From: an uncultured Verrucomicrobiales bacterium | Lineage (GTDB): Bacteria; Verrucomicrobiota; Verrucomicrobiia; Limisphaerales; Palsa-1400 | Assembly (NCBI GenBank): GCA_903898185.1 | Contig: CAIUEN010000364.1 | Coordinates: 13,394 to 77,393 of the forward strand | Direction of reading: 5' to 3' | Length of the DNA stretch: 64,000 nt | Shown: positions 43,321-52,960 of the stretch, piece by piece | Layout: the number at the start of each line of letters is the position of its first letter | Numbering within the stretch: the stretch's first letter is position 1 | Translations under genes and position numbers: made by a program | Notes under the pieces: generated by a model | What the model was told of the DNA's origin: nothing | Database searches by the model: none | Seen by the model: only the letters and a program-made list of their open reading frames with translations

Positions 43321-44529
43321 ATGAACATTCACGAATACCAAGCAAAGCAACTGTTGGCCCAATACGGCGTGGCTGTGCCATCGGGCGAAGTTTGCGAGAC
43401 CCCCGAGGCCGCTCGAAAAACTGCCGAAGAACTCTTTGCGAAAGGGGAAAAGCTGGTGATTGTTAAAGCTCAAATCCATGCCGGCGGCCGTGGAAAAGGG
43501 ACTTTCAAAAGCGGTTTCAAAGGCGGCGTCAAAATTTGCCTCACCGTCGATGAGGTTTTTCAAAATGCCACAGGCATGCTGGGCAATGTGCTTGTGACCA
43601 AGCAGACCGGGCCCGACGGACGCCTGGTCAACAAGATATTGGTATGCTCGGCGGCGGACATCAAAAAGGAGCTTTATTGCGCCGTGCTGCTCGACCGGAC
43701 GACTTCCACTCCCGTGATCATGGCCAGCACCGAAGGCGGCATGGACATCGAGGAAGTGGCCGCCAAAACACCCGAAAAAATCATCAAACTGCTTATCGAT
43801 CCTGCTGTTGGGATGATGCCCTTTCACGGTCGCAAACTCGCAACGGCGCTGGGGCTTAAAGGCGAATTGATCGGCGAGGCGGCAAAGCTGTTTTTGGGGC
43901 TCTACAAAACCTGGTGGGAATGCGATGCCAGCATGGTTGAGATTAACCCCCTGTGCGTTGTCACCCGCAACGGCAAAGACGCCATGCTGGCAGTGGACGC
44001 CAAAATCAGTCTCGACGACAACGCGATGTATCGCCACCCGGACATCCAAGCCATGCGCGACCTTTCCGAGGAAGCCCCCTTGGAAATCGAAGCCAGCAAG
44101 CACGAACTGAACTATATCAAGCTCGACGGCAACATTGCCTGCCTGGTCAACGGCGCAGGCTTGGCGATGGCCACGATGGACATCATCAAACATTTCGGCG
44201 GCGATCCGGCCAACTTTCTGGATGTTGGTGGCGGCGCCACGCGCCAGCAGGTCACGGCGGCCTTCAAAATCATTCTGAGCGATCCCAATGTTGAGGCCAT
44301 TCTGGTCAATATTTTCGGAGGCATCATGCAATGCGACATCATCGCCACAGGCATTGTCGATGCCGTGAAGGTCACTCAATTGAACCTGCCACTGGTTGTG
44401 CGCCTGGAAGGTAATAACTCGCAGCTCGGCAAGAAGATTCTTCAGGAATCAGGTTTGCCCATTATCAGCGGAGACTCAATGGCTGATGCCGCGCAAAAAG
44501 TGGTGCTCGAACTGAAGAAGAACAAGTAA
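43321..44529 (+). CDS. sucC: succinyl-CoA synthetase beta subunit SucC
   Basis: I chose the start at ATG 43321 ([12 protein letters not shown]...). The ATP-grasp and ligase-CoA domains are typical. Confidence 0.95.
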   Translation: MNIHEYQAKQLLAQYGVAVPSGEVCETPEAARKTAEELFAKGEKLVIVKAQIHAGGRGKGTFKSGFKGGVKICLTVDEVFQNATGMLGNVLVTKQTGPDGRLVNKILVCSAADIKKELYCAVLLDRTTSTPVIMASTEGGMDIEEVAAKTPEKIIKLLIDPAVGMMPFHGRKLATALGLKGELIGEAAKLFLGLYKTWWECDASMVEINPLCVVTRNGKDAMLAVDAKISLDDNAMYRHPDIQAMRDLSEEAPLEIEASKHELNYIKLDGNIACLVNGAGLAMATMDIIKHFGGDPANFLDVGGGATRQQVTAAFKIILSDPNVEAILVNIFGGIMQCDIIATGIVDAVKVTQLNLPLVVRLEGNNSQLGKKILQESGLPIISGDSMADAAQKVVLELKKNK

Positions 44530-44534
44530 TTTTT

Positions 44535-45434
44535 ATGTCCATTCTCGTCACCCCCACGACCAAGATTATTGTCCAAGGCATCACCGGCAGCTTTGGCGCA
44601 AAGCACACGCAATTGAGCCTTGCCTACGGCACTCAAATTGCCGCTGGGGTCACACCTGGCAAGGGCGGCCAAACCTTCGATCATGCCGGTAAATCGGTGC
44701 CGGTGTATGACACCGTCGCCCAAGCCGCCAAGGAATCCGGGGCCACCGTTTCGGTCATTTTCGTCCCTCCTCCCTTCGCCGCCGACGCCATTATCGAGGC
44801 TGTTGACGCCGACTTGAACCTTGTTGTCTGCATCACCGAGGGCATTCCCGTCCGCGACATGGTCAAGGTCAAGCGATCCATGCAAGGCCGCAAGACCCGC
44901 TTGATCGGTCCCAACTGCCCCGGCGTGGTGACACCCGGCGAGGGCAAAGACTCAAGCGGCGGCTGCCGGATTGGCATCTCACCGGGTTACATTCACAAAA
45001 AAGGAAACATCGGCGTGGTATCGCGTAGTGGAACCCTGACCTACGAAGCTGTTTGGCAATTAACCTGCCGGGGCGTTGGCCAATCGACCTGCGTCGGCAT
45101 TGGCGGCGACCCGGTGAACGGCACATCTCACTTGGATATCATCAAACTTTTTGAGGACGATCCCGACACTCATGGCATCATCATGATCGGTGAAATTGGC
45201 GGCACGTCTGAAGAAGAAGCGGCCGAGTGGATCAAGCGCAATTGCCACAAGCCGGTGGCTGGCTTCATCGCCGGTTCCACTGCGCCTGCGGGACGCCGCA
45301 TGGGTCACGCCGGCGCGATCGTCAGCGGCGGACGGGGCACCGCAGCCGCAAAGATCGCCGCGTTCAAAGACGCCGACATTGGCATCTCTGCCACCCCATC
45401 CGAGATGGCGGACACTCTCCTGAAGATGATGTAA
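44535..45434 (+). CDS. sucD: succinyl-CoA synthetase alpha subunit SucD
   Basis: 299 aa with MSILV...VQGITG..G, ...SRSGTLTYE... and ...GHAGAI... (catalytic His) motifs. Confidence 0.95.
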   Translation: MSILVTPTTKIIVQGITGSFGAKHTQLSLAYGTQIAAGVTPGKGGQTFDHAGKSVPVYDTVAQAAKESGATVSVIFVPPPFAADAIIEAVDADLNLVVCITEGIPVRDMVKVKRSMQGRKTRLIGPNCPGVVTPGEGKDSSGGCRIGISPGYIHKKGNIGVVSRSGTLTYEAVWQLTCRGVGQSTCVGIGGDPVNGTSHLDIIKLFEDDPDTHGIIMIGEIGGTSEEEAAEWIKRNCHKPVAGFIAGSTAPAGRRMGHAGAIVSGGRGTAAAKIAAFKDADIGISATPSEMADTLLKMM

Positions 45435-45435
45435 C

Positions 45436-45459
45436 GTAGAGCAGGCATCTTGCCTGCTC
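45436..45459. repeat. family-C palindrome (GTAGAGCAGGCATCTTGCCTGCTC)
   Basis: It has a 9-bp stem (GAGCAGGCA / TGCCTGCTC) with a 4-nt loop, directly after the sucD stop. It may act as a terminator-like structure, but there is no T-run. Confidence 0.5.
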
Positions 45460-45490
45460 CGGGCAAAGGGGCAAGCTGTTGTTGTTATAG

Positions 45491-45593
45491 CAATTACCCG
45501 TTCAGGTCAGAAGGATGAATTGGCGTCTCGCTGACGCTCGCCGGAAAGAGAAGCACAGGCAAGGATGCCTATGCTACCTGAGCAAATTGTTAC
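45491..45593 (-). mobile_element. family-A MITE copy A9
   Basis: The copy reads CAATTACCCGTTCAGGTCAGAAGGATGAATTGGCGTCTCGCTGACGCTCGCCGG...GGCAAGGATGCCTATGCTACCTGAGCAAATTGTTAC. Its GTTAC end contains the TAA stop (45590-45592, minus strand) of the adjacent gene. Confidence 0.8.
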
Positions 45594-46420
45594 TTCTGCT
45601 TTTTTGGGCGGAACCCAGGTGGAAGATTCGAATGAATCGTAGAATCCGTCAGATCCGATGACGGGTCTGCCTGCACGAATTGCGCATTGCCGGGATGGAT
45701 GGGCGCATCGGGAGCAGAAATTTCCTCGGGCCATCCAAGCGCCTGACGAGCCTTCTTGGCGGCAGATGTCTTCGGGTGATCGTTCACGATTTTGCGCAAC
45801 AACGCGTCGTATTCCGCCTGCCGTCCGAGTTTCGAATAGAGATTGCAGAGGTGAATGGCAGCCCAACCCCAGCGATCGGAGCTCAGCTTGCGCTTGAGGA
45901 TTTCCTCGTATTCCATTGCAGCGGCAAGGTAATTCCGAAAATCCTTTTCGTAAATCTCAGCAATGCGCAGGGCCGCATACTGCGCGCGCGGATTCCTTTT
46001 GAGGTAGTCGCGCATCAGTTCGACGGCTTCCATCGGGCGGCCCGCCGCCCAAACCTGCTCGGCCCGCTCGTATTCGGGATCTTTAGTGGCTGGGCCGTCA
46101 TCATCAAACAGCATATCGACAGTGCGACACGCGAATTGCCTGACAACATCGCAGGCAATCAGGATTCCCAGACCGACTATTGCAAAAATCAAGCCCGCAA
46201 AATAGAAGATCATCAATTTGCGACTCCCAGATGCATCCACCGCCGCCTCAGGCGTGATTGCCGAATAATTGACGTGGAATCCCCACGCAAACCAGAGCGC
46301 CACGATCAAAAGCAAGCCATAGGCGGCCAATTTCAGCTTTGCTAACATCAGAGCTAGTAAACCAAGAAAACTCGTTTGAAAAAAGTTTTTTACATAATGA
46401 GAATCGCTGCTCTCATCCAT
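45590..46420 (-). CDS. hypothetical membrane protein with a TPR-like C-terminal half
   Basis: 276 aa with about 3 TM segments (FLGLLALMLAKL..., GLLLIVALWFAWGF, MIFYFAGLIFAIVGLGILIA), followed by helical-repeat sequence (AEQVWAAGRPMEAVELMRDYLKRNPRAQYAALRIAEIYEKDF...). Its ATG (46418-46420) abuts the ATPase stop (46421-46423). Confidence 0.6.
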   Translation of the reverse strand: MDESSDSHYVKNFFQTSFLGLLALMLAKLKLAAYGLLLIVALWFAWGFHVNYSAITPEAAVDASGSRKLMIFYFAGLIFAIVGLGILIACDVVRQFACRTVDMLFDDDGPATKDPEYERAEQVWAAGRPMEAVELMRDYLKRNPRAQYAALRIAEIYEKDFRNYLAAAMEYEEILKRKLSSDRWGWAAIHLCNLYSKLGRQAEYDALLRKIVNDHPKTSAAKKARQALGWPEEISAPDAPIHPGNAQFVQADPSSDLTDSTIHSNLPPGFRPKKQK

Positions 46421-47650
46421 TTACGGTGTCCACAGTGCGGACACCGGGACAAGCCAGAGCTTGTCGCCTGAAGGAATGATTTGGTCGCCCAAGTAAAGGA
46501 CAACTCCAGCGCGAAATTGCTGGCCTAGTTGATCCCTCAGAGCCTTGATCGGCGCGAAGTCTGACGCCGCCACGGTACCACTGGCTTTGACTTCTATGGC
46601 TGCCACTGAGCCGTCAGGCTTTTCCAGGACTACATCAATCTCCAAGCCATTGGCGGTCCGGCAGTGGTAAATTGCCATCTGCGGATCGGTCCAGGAAATT
46701 TGTTTGCGAAGTTCGCCCACCACGAAGCTTTCCAGCAACCGCCCCATCAGCGAGCGATCTTCGGACAACCGCCGGACATTCGCGCCGAGCAGATGACACG
46801 CGAGGCCACTGTCCATCAAGTGCAGCTTTGGCGCTTTGACCAGACGCTGGCTCAGGTTACGGGACCAAGCTGGCAGGCGGTGAACGAGAAACACGGTTTC
46901 CAGCAAAGCCAGGTAGCGGGTCAATGTGGTGTGTGGCAGTCCAGCGTCGCGGCCCACGTCGGCGAGGTTCAACAACCCGGAAGCGCGGGCGGCCAGCAAC
47001 TTCAACAGGTTCGGCAGAGCATGCAGCGCGTCCACCCGGGCCAGATCCCGGACGTCGCGTTGCAGAATGGTCGAAATGTAGGAGGCAAACCACGCTGAGC
47101 GGCGGTCATCGCCCTGGCGCCGGATTGCTTCCGGGTAACCCCCGCAGATCAATTGCGATTGGATGTCATTTATCGTCAACGATGGCTGGGACTTGGCGAT
47201 GGCGCCAGCAAAGAGCCGAGGCAGGAAGCCTTCGACTTTGCCGACCAGTTCGCCGACCGAGAACGGAAACAATGGAATGATCTCCATGCGCCCAGCCAGC
47301 GATTCGGAAAGACGTGGCAGTGTCATGACATTGGCAGAACTGGTCAGCAGAAAGCGTCCGGGCTGGCGGTGCTTATCCACTGCGAGTTTGATGGCCGGAA
47401 AAAGTTCGGGGGCTTTCTGGATTTCATCGAGAACAACGGGACCAACGAGATTGCGAATAAATCCGGACGGATCGCCAGCGGCGAGTGCGAGCGTGGCGGA
47501 GTCATCAAAGGTGAAGTATTGCGATCCAACTCTGTCGGCCATGGTTTTGGCCAAAGTGGTCTTACCGGTCTGGCGCGCGCCGTTGAGCAGTAATACCGGC
47601 GTGTCGGTCATGGCTCGACCGATAGAATCTTGAATATGACGCCGAATCAT
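46421..47650 (-). CDS. AAA+ ATPase with a DUF4143 C-terminal domain (COG1373-like)
   Basis: 409 aa. Walker A is NGARQTGKTTLAK and Walker B-like is VVLDEIQ. The C-terminal part has an EIDVVLE...AIEVK pattern reminiscent of a PD-(D/E)xK fold. Confidence 0.85.
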   Translation of the reverse strand: MIRRHIQDSIGRAMTDTPVLLLNGARQTGKTTLAKTMADRVGSQYFTFDDSATLALAAGDPSGFIRNLVGPVVLDEIQKAPELFPAIKLAVDKHRQPGRFLLTSSANVMTLPRLSESLAGRMEIIPLFPFSVGELVGKVEGFLPRLFAGAIAKSQPSLTINDIQSQLICGGYPEAIRRQGDDRRSAWFASYISTILQRDVRDLARVDALHALPNLLKLLAARASGLLNLADVGRDAGLPHTTLTRYLALLETVFLVHRLPAWSRNLSQRLVKAPKLHLMDSGLACHLLGANVRRLSEDRSLMGRLLESFVVGELRKQISWTDPQMAIYHCRTANGLEIDVVLEKPDGSVAAIEVKASGTVAASDFAPIKALRDQLGQQFRAGVVLYLGDQIIPSGDKLWLVPVSALWTP

Positions 47651-47783
47651 GGTGTTATATTCACCGGTTCGTGGTGAATTTGCAAGACGCGAGTGGGGGC
47701 AATCTCGGAAGGCAAACAGTAACTTCTTTTTATCGTTCGGGAAACAAGCTACACTCTTTCAAGCGCAAGCCAAACCGCTCACC

Positions 47784-49604
47784 ATGCGATCAACACAAGA
47801 AATCGACCCGACATTTGTTGCCAAATCCAGATCGACGACGGAGATTCTCCGCCGTGTGGTCGGCTATCTGCGTCCTTATAAATGGATGGCGCTGGCCAAT
47901 ATCGGCTGCGCGCTGCTTTCGCTGGCGTTCTCATTTGCCTTTCCGCAAATGACGCAGTTCATCATTGATGATGTCATCGGCAATCGCAAACTTGAATGGC
48001 TGGCTCCCGCTGCGCTCGGGCTGCTGGCCGCCTTCTTCCTGCGCGATTTCTTCAACGGCTTGCGTATTCTCATCAACAACACCTTCGAGCAAAACGTCAT
48101 TTACGACATGCGCCGCGAGGTCTATGCGCGCTTGCAGCGGCTCCCCGTCCACTACTTCGACCAACGCGCCTCCGGCGATCTCATGACGCGTGTGCTGGAG
48201 GACATTAACTCGGTTGAACGTATCCTCATCGACGGCACCGAACAGGGAACCGTTGCTATTCTGGGCGTGATCGCAGTGCTGGCGATTCTGTTCATCAAGA
48301 ATACGACACTCGCCTTGGTGGCGCTGATACCGGTTCCGCTTCTGGCCGGAGGCGCTCTCTGGTACACCCTGACCGCGCACCGCCGATACCGGTCTCAACG
48401 CGAGGCTTCCAGCGCCATGAACGCCCTGCTGATGGATAATCTCCAGGGCATTCGCCAGATCAAGGCCTTTGACCGCCAGAAGCACGAGGACGAACGGTTC
48501 GCAGAACGCGCACAAGCGCTCAGGGAGGGGACGCTCGGCGTGATGCGCATTTGGGGAGTTTACTCCCCGGCGATGGCATTTGTGGCGTCACTCGGGTCGG
48601 TGCTGGTGTTGTGGGTTGGTGGCGGAATGGTCATACGCGGCGCCATGAGCATGGGCGAATTAATAGGGTTCATCTTTTACCTCGCGCTTTTCTACGAGCC
48701 TGTTTCACGCCTGCACGCCCTCAACCAGATGATGCAGGCGGCGCGAGCCGCAGGCGAACGGGTTTTCGACATCGTCGATCACACCGAAGAACGCGGGGGA
48801 ATCAGAGGCTCCAACCGCGAAGGCAGGTTCGACAAACCGGTCTGCGGCGAGGTGCGCTACGAAAATGTCAATTTCAGCTACGACTCCGACCGGCTCGCCG
48901 TTCGAAACATCTCTCTGTGCGCGCGCCCAGGCGAAATGATTGCGCTGGTCGGCCCAACCGGTTCGGGCAAATCGACACTGGTCAACCTGCTCCCCGCGTT
49001 CTACGAGGCCACATCGGGACAGATCAGCATTGATTCTCACGACATCAGCGCGTTATCGCTGAGTGTTTTGCGCGACCAAATCGGCGTGGTCAGCCAGGAG
49101 GCGTTCCTGTTCAACGGCACCATTCGCGAAAATATTCTCTATGGAAAACTCAATGCCTCAGAAGAGCAACTTCTCGCCGCCTCGCGCGCCGCAAACTGCC
49201 ACGAGTTCATCATGCGGCTTGCGCAAGGCTATGATTCGCGCGTGGGCGAACGTGGGGTAAAACTGAGCGTCGGCGAAAAACAGCGCATCAGCATCGCGCG
49301 CGCCCTGCTCAAAAACGCCCCAATCCTGATCCTTGATGAAGCCACCGCAAGCGTCGATACCGCCACGGAAAAACTAATCCAGGAAGCCCTCGAACACCTG
49401 ATGACCAACCGCACCAGCTTCGTCATTGCCCATCGCCTGAGCACGATCTTTCGCGCCAACCAAATCCTGGTCATGCGCCACGGCGAAATCATTGAACGCG
49501 GCTCGCACGAGGAACTTCTAGAACTGAACGGGCTTTACGCCAAACTGGCCCGAGTGCAGAACACGACGTTCATTGAAGAAAGTTTTGAGCATATCGTGGA
49601 ATGA
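47784..49604 (+). CDS. ABC exporter, fused TMD-NBD (MsbA/multidrug type)
   Basis: I chose the start at ATG 47784 (MRSTQEI...). It has six TMs, Walker A (GPTGSGKST), the signature LSVGEKQRISIARA and Walker B (LILDEATA). Confidence 0.9.
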   Translation: MRSTQEIDPTFVAKSRSTTEILRRVVGYLRPYKWMALANIGCALLSLAFSFAFPQMTQFIIDDVIGNRKLEWLAPAALGLLAAFFLRDFFNGLRILINNTFEQNVIYDMRREVYARLQRLPVHYFDQRASGDLMTRVLEDINSVERILIDGTEQGTVAILGVIAVLAILFIKNTTLALVALIPVPLLAGGALWYTLTAHRRYRSQREASSAMNALLMDNLQGIRQIKAFDRQKHEDERFAERAQALREGTLGVMRIWGVYSPAMAFVASLGSVLVLWVGGGMVIRGAMSMGELIGFIFYLALFYEPVSRLHALNQMMQAARAAGERVFDIVDHTEERGGIRGSNREGRFDKPVCGEVRYENVNFSYDSDRLAVRNISLCARPGEMIALVGPTGSGKSTLVNLLPAFYEATSGQISIDSHDISALSLSVLRDQIGVVSQEAFLFNGTIRENILYGKLNASEEQLLAASRAANCHEFIMRLAQGYDSRVGERGVKLSVGEKQRISIARALLKNAPILILDEATASVDTATEKLIQEALEHLMTNRTSFVIAHRLSTIFRANQILVMRHGEIIERGSHEELLELNGLYAKLARVQNTTFIEESFEHIVE

Positions 49605-49650
49605 ACAGCAATTCTCATTACAGTTAGAATTATGAACATAACACCTTACA

Positions 49651-49735
49651 TCTGATCTGCGAAAATCTGTGCAATCTGCGGACAACTCTCTGTAATTGGA
49701 GAGTAATCCGCAGATGACGCAGATTTACACAGATT
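49651..49735. repeat. family-G palindromic repeat (…ATCTGTGCAATCTGCGGAC…GTAATCCGCAGATGACGCAGATTTACACAGAT)
   Basis: It is an imperfect ~35-bp inverted repeat around a short loop (TGTAATT), seen once in this window. Confidence 0.55.
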
Positions 49736-49745
49736 AAAGAAGAAT

Positions 49746-49817
49746 TATACTTTGAACGGATAAGATCGTTCCTTGTTCGTGACGCAAAAAGTAACATTCT
49801 TACCCGTTCAAAGTTTA
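49746..49817. repeat. family-F palindromic repeat, copy F2
   Basis: TATACTTTGAACGG...CCGTTCAAAGTTTA has an interior that is the inverse of F1 (31431-31503). Its last 3 nt form the nnr stop codon (TAA on the minus strand, 49815-49817). Confidence 0.7.
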
Positions 49818-51239
49818 CCTGCCCAGTTCTCGAACCAGCTCCTCTGGAGTCCAGTTTGGAATGCTTGCGCTCAATCGATCAGCCGCCGCGCCGTGTTCCC
49901 AGACGGCGAAACGAATCGAGCGTAACGCATTGGCTTGCAACTGAGGCTGCGCCAACAGTCCCCCTATGTATCCAGCCAATATGTCACCGCTGCCGCCTTG
50001 GGCAAGAAATGGATTTCCAGAAGAGTTGACAAAAATATTGCCCGATGCTTTGCCAACCAGAGTTTGGTGGCCTTTGAGAACAACCCAGCAATCGCCGAAC
50101 CGGCGAGATAGCGCGCGCAGGCAGCCCGGTCGGTCCGCTTGGAGATGCTCAGTCGGCACGCCAATCATCCGCGCCGCCTCACCCGGGTGCGGCGTGATGA
50201 CGCGAATCGCGTGGCTGGGCACCGGGCCGGACGGGATCCAGTCCAACGCGCTGGCATCAACCACCACTGGCAGCGGCGTCTCCAGCCAGAGGGCGCGCAT
50301 TTCGTTCTTGAACTCGTCCGTCAAATCGTCGTCGGCGAGACCGGGACCAATCAAAAAACCGCTGATGCTCTTGGGCAAAGACTGCGCCGGTTTCCATGAA
50401 TGCACCATGGCGGCCCTGAGATGAGCGGCCACCGGAACATAAACGGACGGCTGTGTCCAAATGGTAATCAAACCCGGTTGGGCCCGTTGCGCGCCTTGGG
50501 TAGCCAGCACGGACGCGCCGTGGCATCCCATGCTGCCAGCGAAAATGGCCAGGTGTCCATAGGTTCCCTTGTGGCTTTCCACCGGTCGGCGTGGTGGAAA
50601 GTTCGCAAAATCCTCCGCGACCGTCCAGTAGAGATCGCTGATCAATAAATGCTCGACCAGACCGATTTGTGAGGCAACTTCGAGCCTGCCGACATACGGT
50701 TTGGCCTTGTCTGTTAATAATCCGGCCTTCACCGCGCCCACCGTCAGCGTCACCACCGCTCGAATCGCCGCGCCTGCCGGTTCGCCCGATTCAACATTCA
50801 GTCCGGACGGGCTGTCCACTGCAAGCACCGGAAGGTCGGTTGCATTGATTGTGTTAATCAAACCGATCCAATCATCGCTGAGCTGTCGATTGAGACCGAT
50901 CCCAAACAACCCGTCAACGATCCAGGTCCGGCGGTCAGTTTCCATGGTTTCGACAAGCCGGCCCAGCGTCTCTGTTGCCAGTGCGGGATCGGTGACATTG
51001 ATCAGCGTGGCATGACGGTCCGCCAAATGGGGCAGAGCGGCGTGCGCGTCGTCACCATTGTGCCCACGTCCGGCCAACAGAATGATTGAATCTCCTGACC
51101 GGGTAAGTTCCAACATGCGCTTTGCAATGAGTTTCCCCACGTTTTGGATGACCGCATCCGAAGAAATGCCCGCCGCCCAACTGGTGTTCTCCCAGTCGCG
51201 CATTTGAGCTACAGAAATAACAGAAACAGGCATAAGCAA
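49815..51239 (-). CDS. nnr: bifunctional NAD(P)H-hydrate repair enzyme Nnr (epimerase + ADP-dependent dehydratase)
   Basis: 474 aa. The YjeF_N part reads LLAGRGHNGDD. The C-terminal kinase-like part has HKGTYGH, VIGPGL-like, TPHPGE, VLKG and GGSGDILAG motifs. Confidence 0.9.
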   Translation of the reverse strand: MLMPVSVISVAQMRDWENTSWAAGISSDAVIQNVGKLIAKRMLELTRSGDSIILLAGRGHNGDDAHAALPHLADRHATLINVTDPALATETLGRLVETMETDRRTWIVDGLFGIGLNRQLSDDWIGLINTINATDLPVLAVDSPSGLNVESGEPAGAAIRAVVTLTVGAVKAGLLTDKAKPYVGRLEVASQIGLVEHLLISDLYWTVAEDFANFPPRRPVESHKGTYGHLAIFAGSMGCHGASVLATQGAQRAQPGLITIWTQPSVYVPVAAHLRAAMVHSWKPAQSLPKSISGFLIGPGLADDDLTDEFKNEMRALWLETPLPVVVDASALDWIPSGPVPSHAIRVITPHPGEAARMIGVPTEHLQADRPGCLRALSRRFGDCWVVLKGHQTLVGKASGNIFVNSSGNPFLAQGGSGDILAGYIGGLLAQPQLQANALRSIRFAVWEHGAAADRLSASIPNWTPEELVRELGR

Positions 51240-51286
51240 TTCTCAGGAGCATCGAGCGGTGAAGTCAAGATGCAAAGACGCCCTCG

Positions 51287-51467
51287 CAGCAATTCTCATT
51301 ATGTGGGGTAGACCTCTGGTCTGCCAGCACCTCGTTATCGAGGTGCATTGATTGTTGTGCTGACTGTTGCGATGCCTCTAGCTCCGCACGAAGTTTTCGA
51401 TCCCTTTGCGGAGCCAGAGGCACCGCAACCGGCAGTCCGGAGGCCTACCCCACATTGAGAACTGCTG
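51287..51467. repeat. family-B full element (~180 bp) with ~38-bp terminal inverted repeats
   Basis: CAGCAATTCTCATTATGTGGGGTAGACCTCTGGTCTGCC (51287-51325) pairs with GGCAGTCCGGAGGCCTACCCCACATTGAGAACTGCTG (51431-51467). The inner arms GTTGCGATGCCTCTAGCTCCG and CGGAGCCAGAGGCACCGCAAC also pair. Confidence 0.8.
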
Positions 51468-51595
51468 TATCGAGGTGCATTGATTGTTGTGCTGACTGTT
51501 GCGGCACTTCCGGCTCCGCAGAGAGTCGAGTATTTTGTGCGCAGGCAGATCAGAGTTTTCCCACCTTATTCCCTCAAAATGAGAATTGCTGTGTT
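51468..51595. repeat. partial tandem reiteration of family-B segments
   Basis: TATCGAGGTGCATTGATTGTTGTGCTGACTGTTGCGGCACTTCCGGCTCCG repeats 51336-51386. The stretch ends with another AAAATGAGAATTGCTG terminus (51577-51592). Confidence 0.55.
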
Positions 51596-51676
51596 GGAGT
51601 GGGTTCGCCTTCCGCGTTCCGTATTCTGCAATTCCAATTGCCAATTCCAGGTTTGGTGGCTTCCCTACTTCATTAT

Positions 51677-51709
51677 TGGACATTCCTTGTTCGATACTGG
51701 ATATTCACC
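51677..51709. repeat. family-D half copy
   Basis: TTGGACATTCCTTGTTCGATACTGGATATTCACC aligns with 38507-38540. Confidence 0.5.
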
Positions 51710-51757
51710 GGAGGATGATCCACAGAATCGTCGGGGTCTGCCCATAGATGAACGCGG

Positions 51758-52078
51758 TCAGACGGGTTGCGGCGGAGCTTTTTCCAAGGCTGTCTTGGAA
51801 AGCCGTCCCAGACGAACGGCGCGTTCCACAGCTTTGCGCGCGTAGTGGTGATGCTCCCGCGCCCCGGCAAGCAAACCTTCGACTCCGATGTCGGCATCCA
51901 GTTCCGGCCAATACACAGAAGAGCCGTTGATTTCAAAACGTCCGCGCTCTTCCGCTGTCGCCAATGCCAGCGTCGGATAAAAGGCTGCAGGCACGCTGAT
52001 AAACCGCCCATCTTCCAACTGGAAGCCAAGCAGTTCGGCGTTCACAACCACGTCAGTAATGGCAGGAGGCGTTTGCAT
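51758..52078 (-). CDS. DUF2442 domain protein
   Basis: 106 aa. ITDVVVNAELLGFQLEDGRFISVPAAFYPTLALATAEERGRFEINGSSVYWPELDADIGVEGLL matches the DUF2442 pattern as I remember it. Confidence 0.75.
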   Translation of the reverse strand: MQTPPAITDVVVNAELLGFQLEDGRFISVPAAFYPTLALATAEERGRFEINGSSVYWPELDADIGVEGLLAGAREHHHYARKAVERAVRLGRLSKTALEKAPPQPV

Positions 52079-52091
52079 CTACAGGCACATT

Positions 52092-52334
52092 CTAGTTCTC
52101 ATGACGTCCATGTTCAAGCCATCGCTCGACGATTTCAGCGCGTCGTTCCGAAATCATCCGCCGGATTTCCGCGACCTCATGCGGTTTGAACCCGCGATTA
52201 AAGGCCACCACAAGATCGTCCAGCCAGATTTTACATTCGTGGCCATCCTTGAATACATGAACATGCATTCTCTCGGCCAGATCGTAGCTGTAGAAGCTGA
52301 CTCGATACCCGTCTTGGATGAAAATCGTGGGCAT
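52092..52334 (-). CDS. DUF4160 domain protein
   Basis: 80 aa. MPTIFIQDGYRVSFYSYDLAERMHVHVFKDGHECKIWLDD... matches the DUF4160 pattern. It lies 13 nt upstream of the DUF2442 gene. Confidence 0.75.
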   Translation of the reverse strand: MPTIFIQDGYRVSFYSYDLAERMHVHVFKDGHECKIWLDDLVVAFNRGFKPHEVAEIRRMISERRAEIVERWLEHGRHEN

Positions 52335-52509
52335 AACCAGAGCGAGGTTGTTGCTTCCTCACGCTTATATCAACCAAAAAAATCAACCAACCCTGCCATC
52401 GCTGTGTGTAATGCGCTTTGCATTCGTGGCCGCTTCATGTATTTTGCCAATGCGTAATTGTTCACGTGTCAGCTATTTGAATAGTTATACTAAAACCATA
52501 GGCCAGCTT

Positions 52510-52842
52510 ATGTTGCAGGATATTATTTCAAAAATAGAGGAGAAGATTCAGGATTCGTCAGCTATCAAGAGCGAAAACCGAGCCGAGTTGCTCACTCTGA
52601 TGGGGACGTTGCGTTCAGAGATCACCGAATTGTCCAAAACTCATCACGAGCAGGCGCAAAGCATCGCTGGTTTTACAGAAGTCTCGGCCCACGAAGCCAC
52701 GCGCAAAGAACCAAAACCGGAACTGATCGACCTATCTGTCAAAGGCCTTTCATCGTCTGTCGAAGATCTCGAAGAGTCTCATCCGCAGTTGGTTGCCATC
52801 GTCAATCGAATTTGCACCATCCTTTCCAACATGGGCATTTGA
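52510..52842 (+). CDS. DUF4404-like small helical protein
   Basis: I trimmed the ORF to ATG 52510 (MLQDIISKIEEKIQ...). The tail ...EESHPQLVAIVNRICTILSNMGI is characteristic of DUF4404 as I remember it. Confidence 0.55.
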   Translation: MLQDIISKIEEKIQDSSAIKSENRAELLTLMGTLRSEITELSKTHHEQAQSIAGFTEVSAHEATRKEPKPELIDLSVKGLSSSVEDLEESHPQLVAIVNRICTILSNMGI

Positions 52843-52960
52843 ACGAGATTTGACCATGCCGCATGTCTCGCCAACGGGCGGGGATGGGCGGCTATTGGAA
52901 ACCGCTCTGTTTGGGCAAATAGCAAGAAAAACAGCACATCAAATCCGCAAGATTTGCCGG

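Noticed and set aside
41136-45593. Whether the recurring ~95-bp family-A copies could be a CRISPR array or another regularly spaced array.
   Set aside because: Spacing is irregular (hundreds to thousands of bp, with genes in between). Copies occur in both orientations and have terminal inverted repeats and target-site duplications. No cas genes are present. This is not a CRISPR array.
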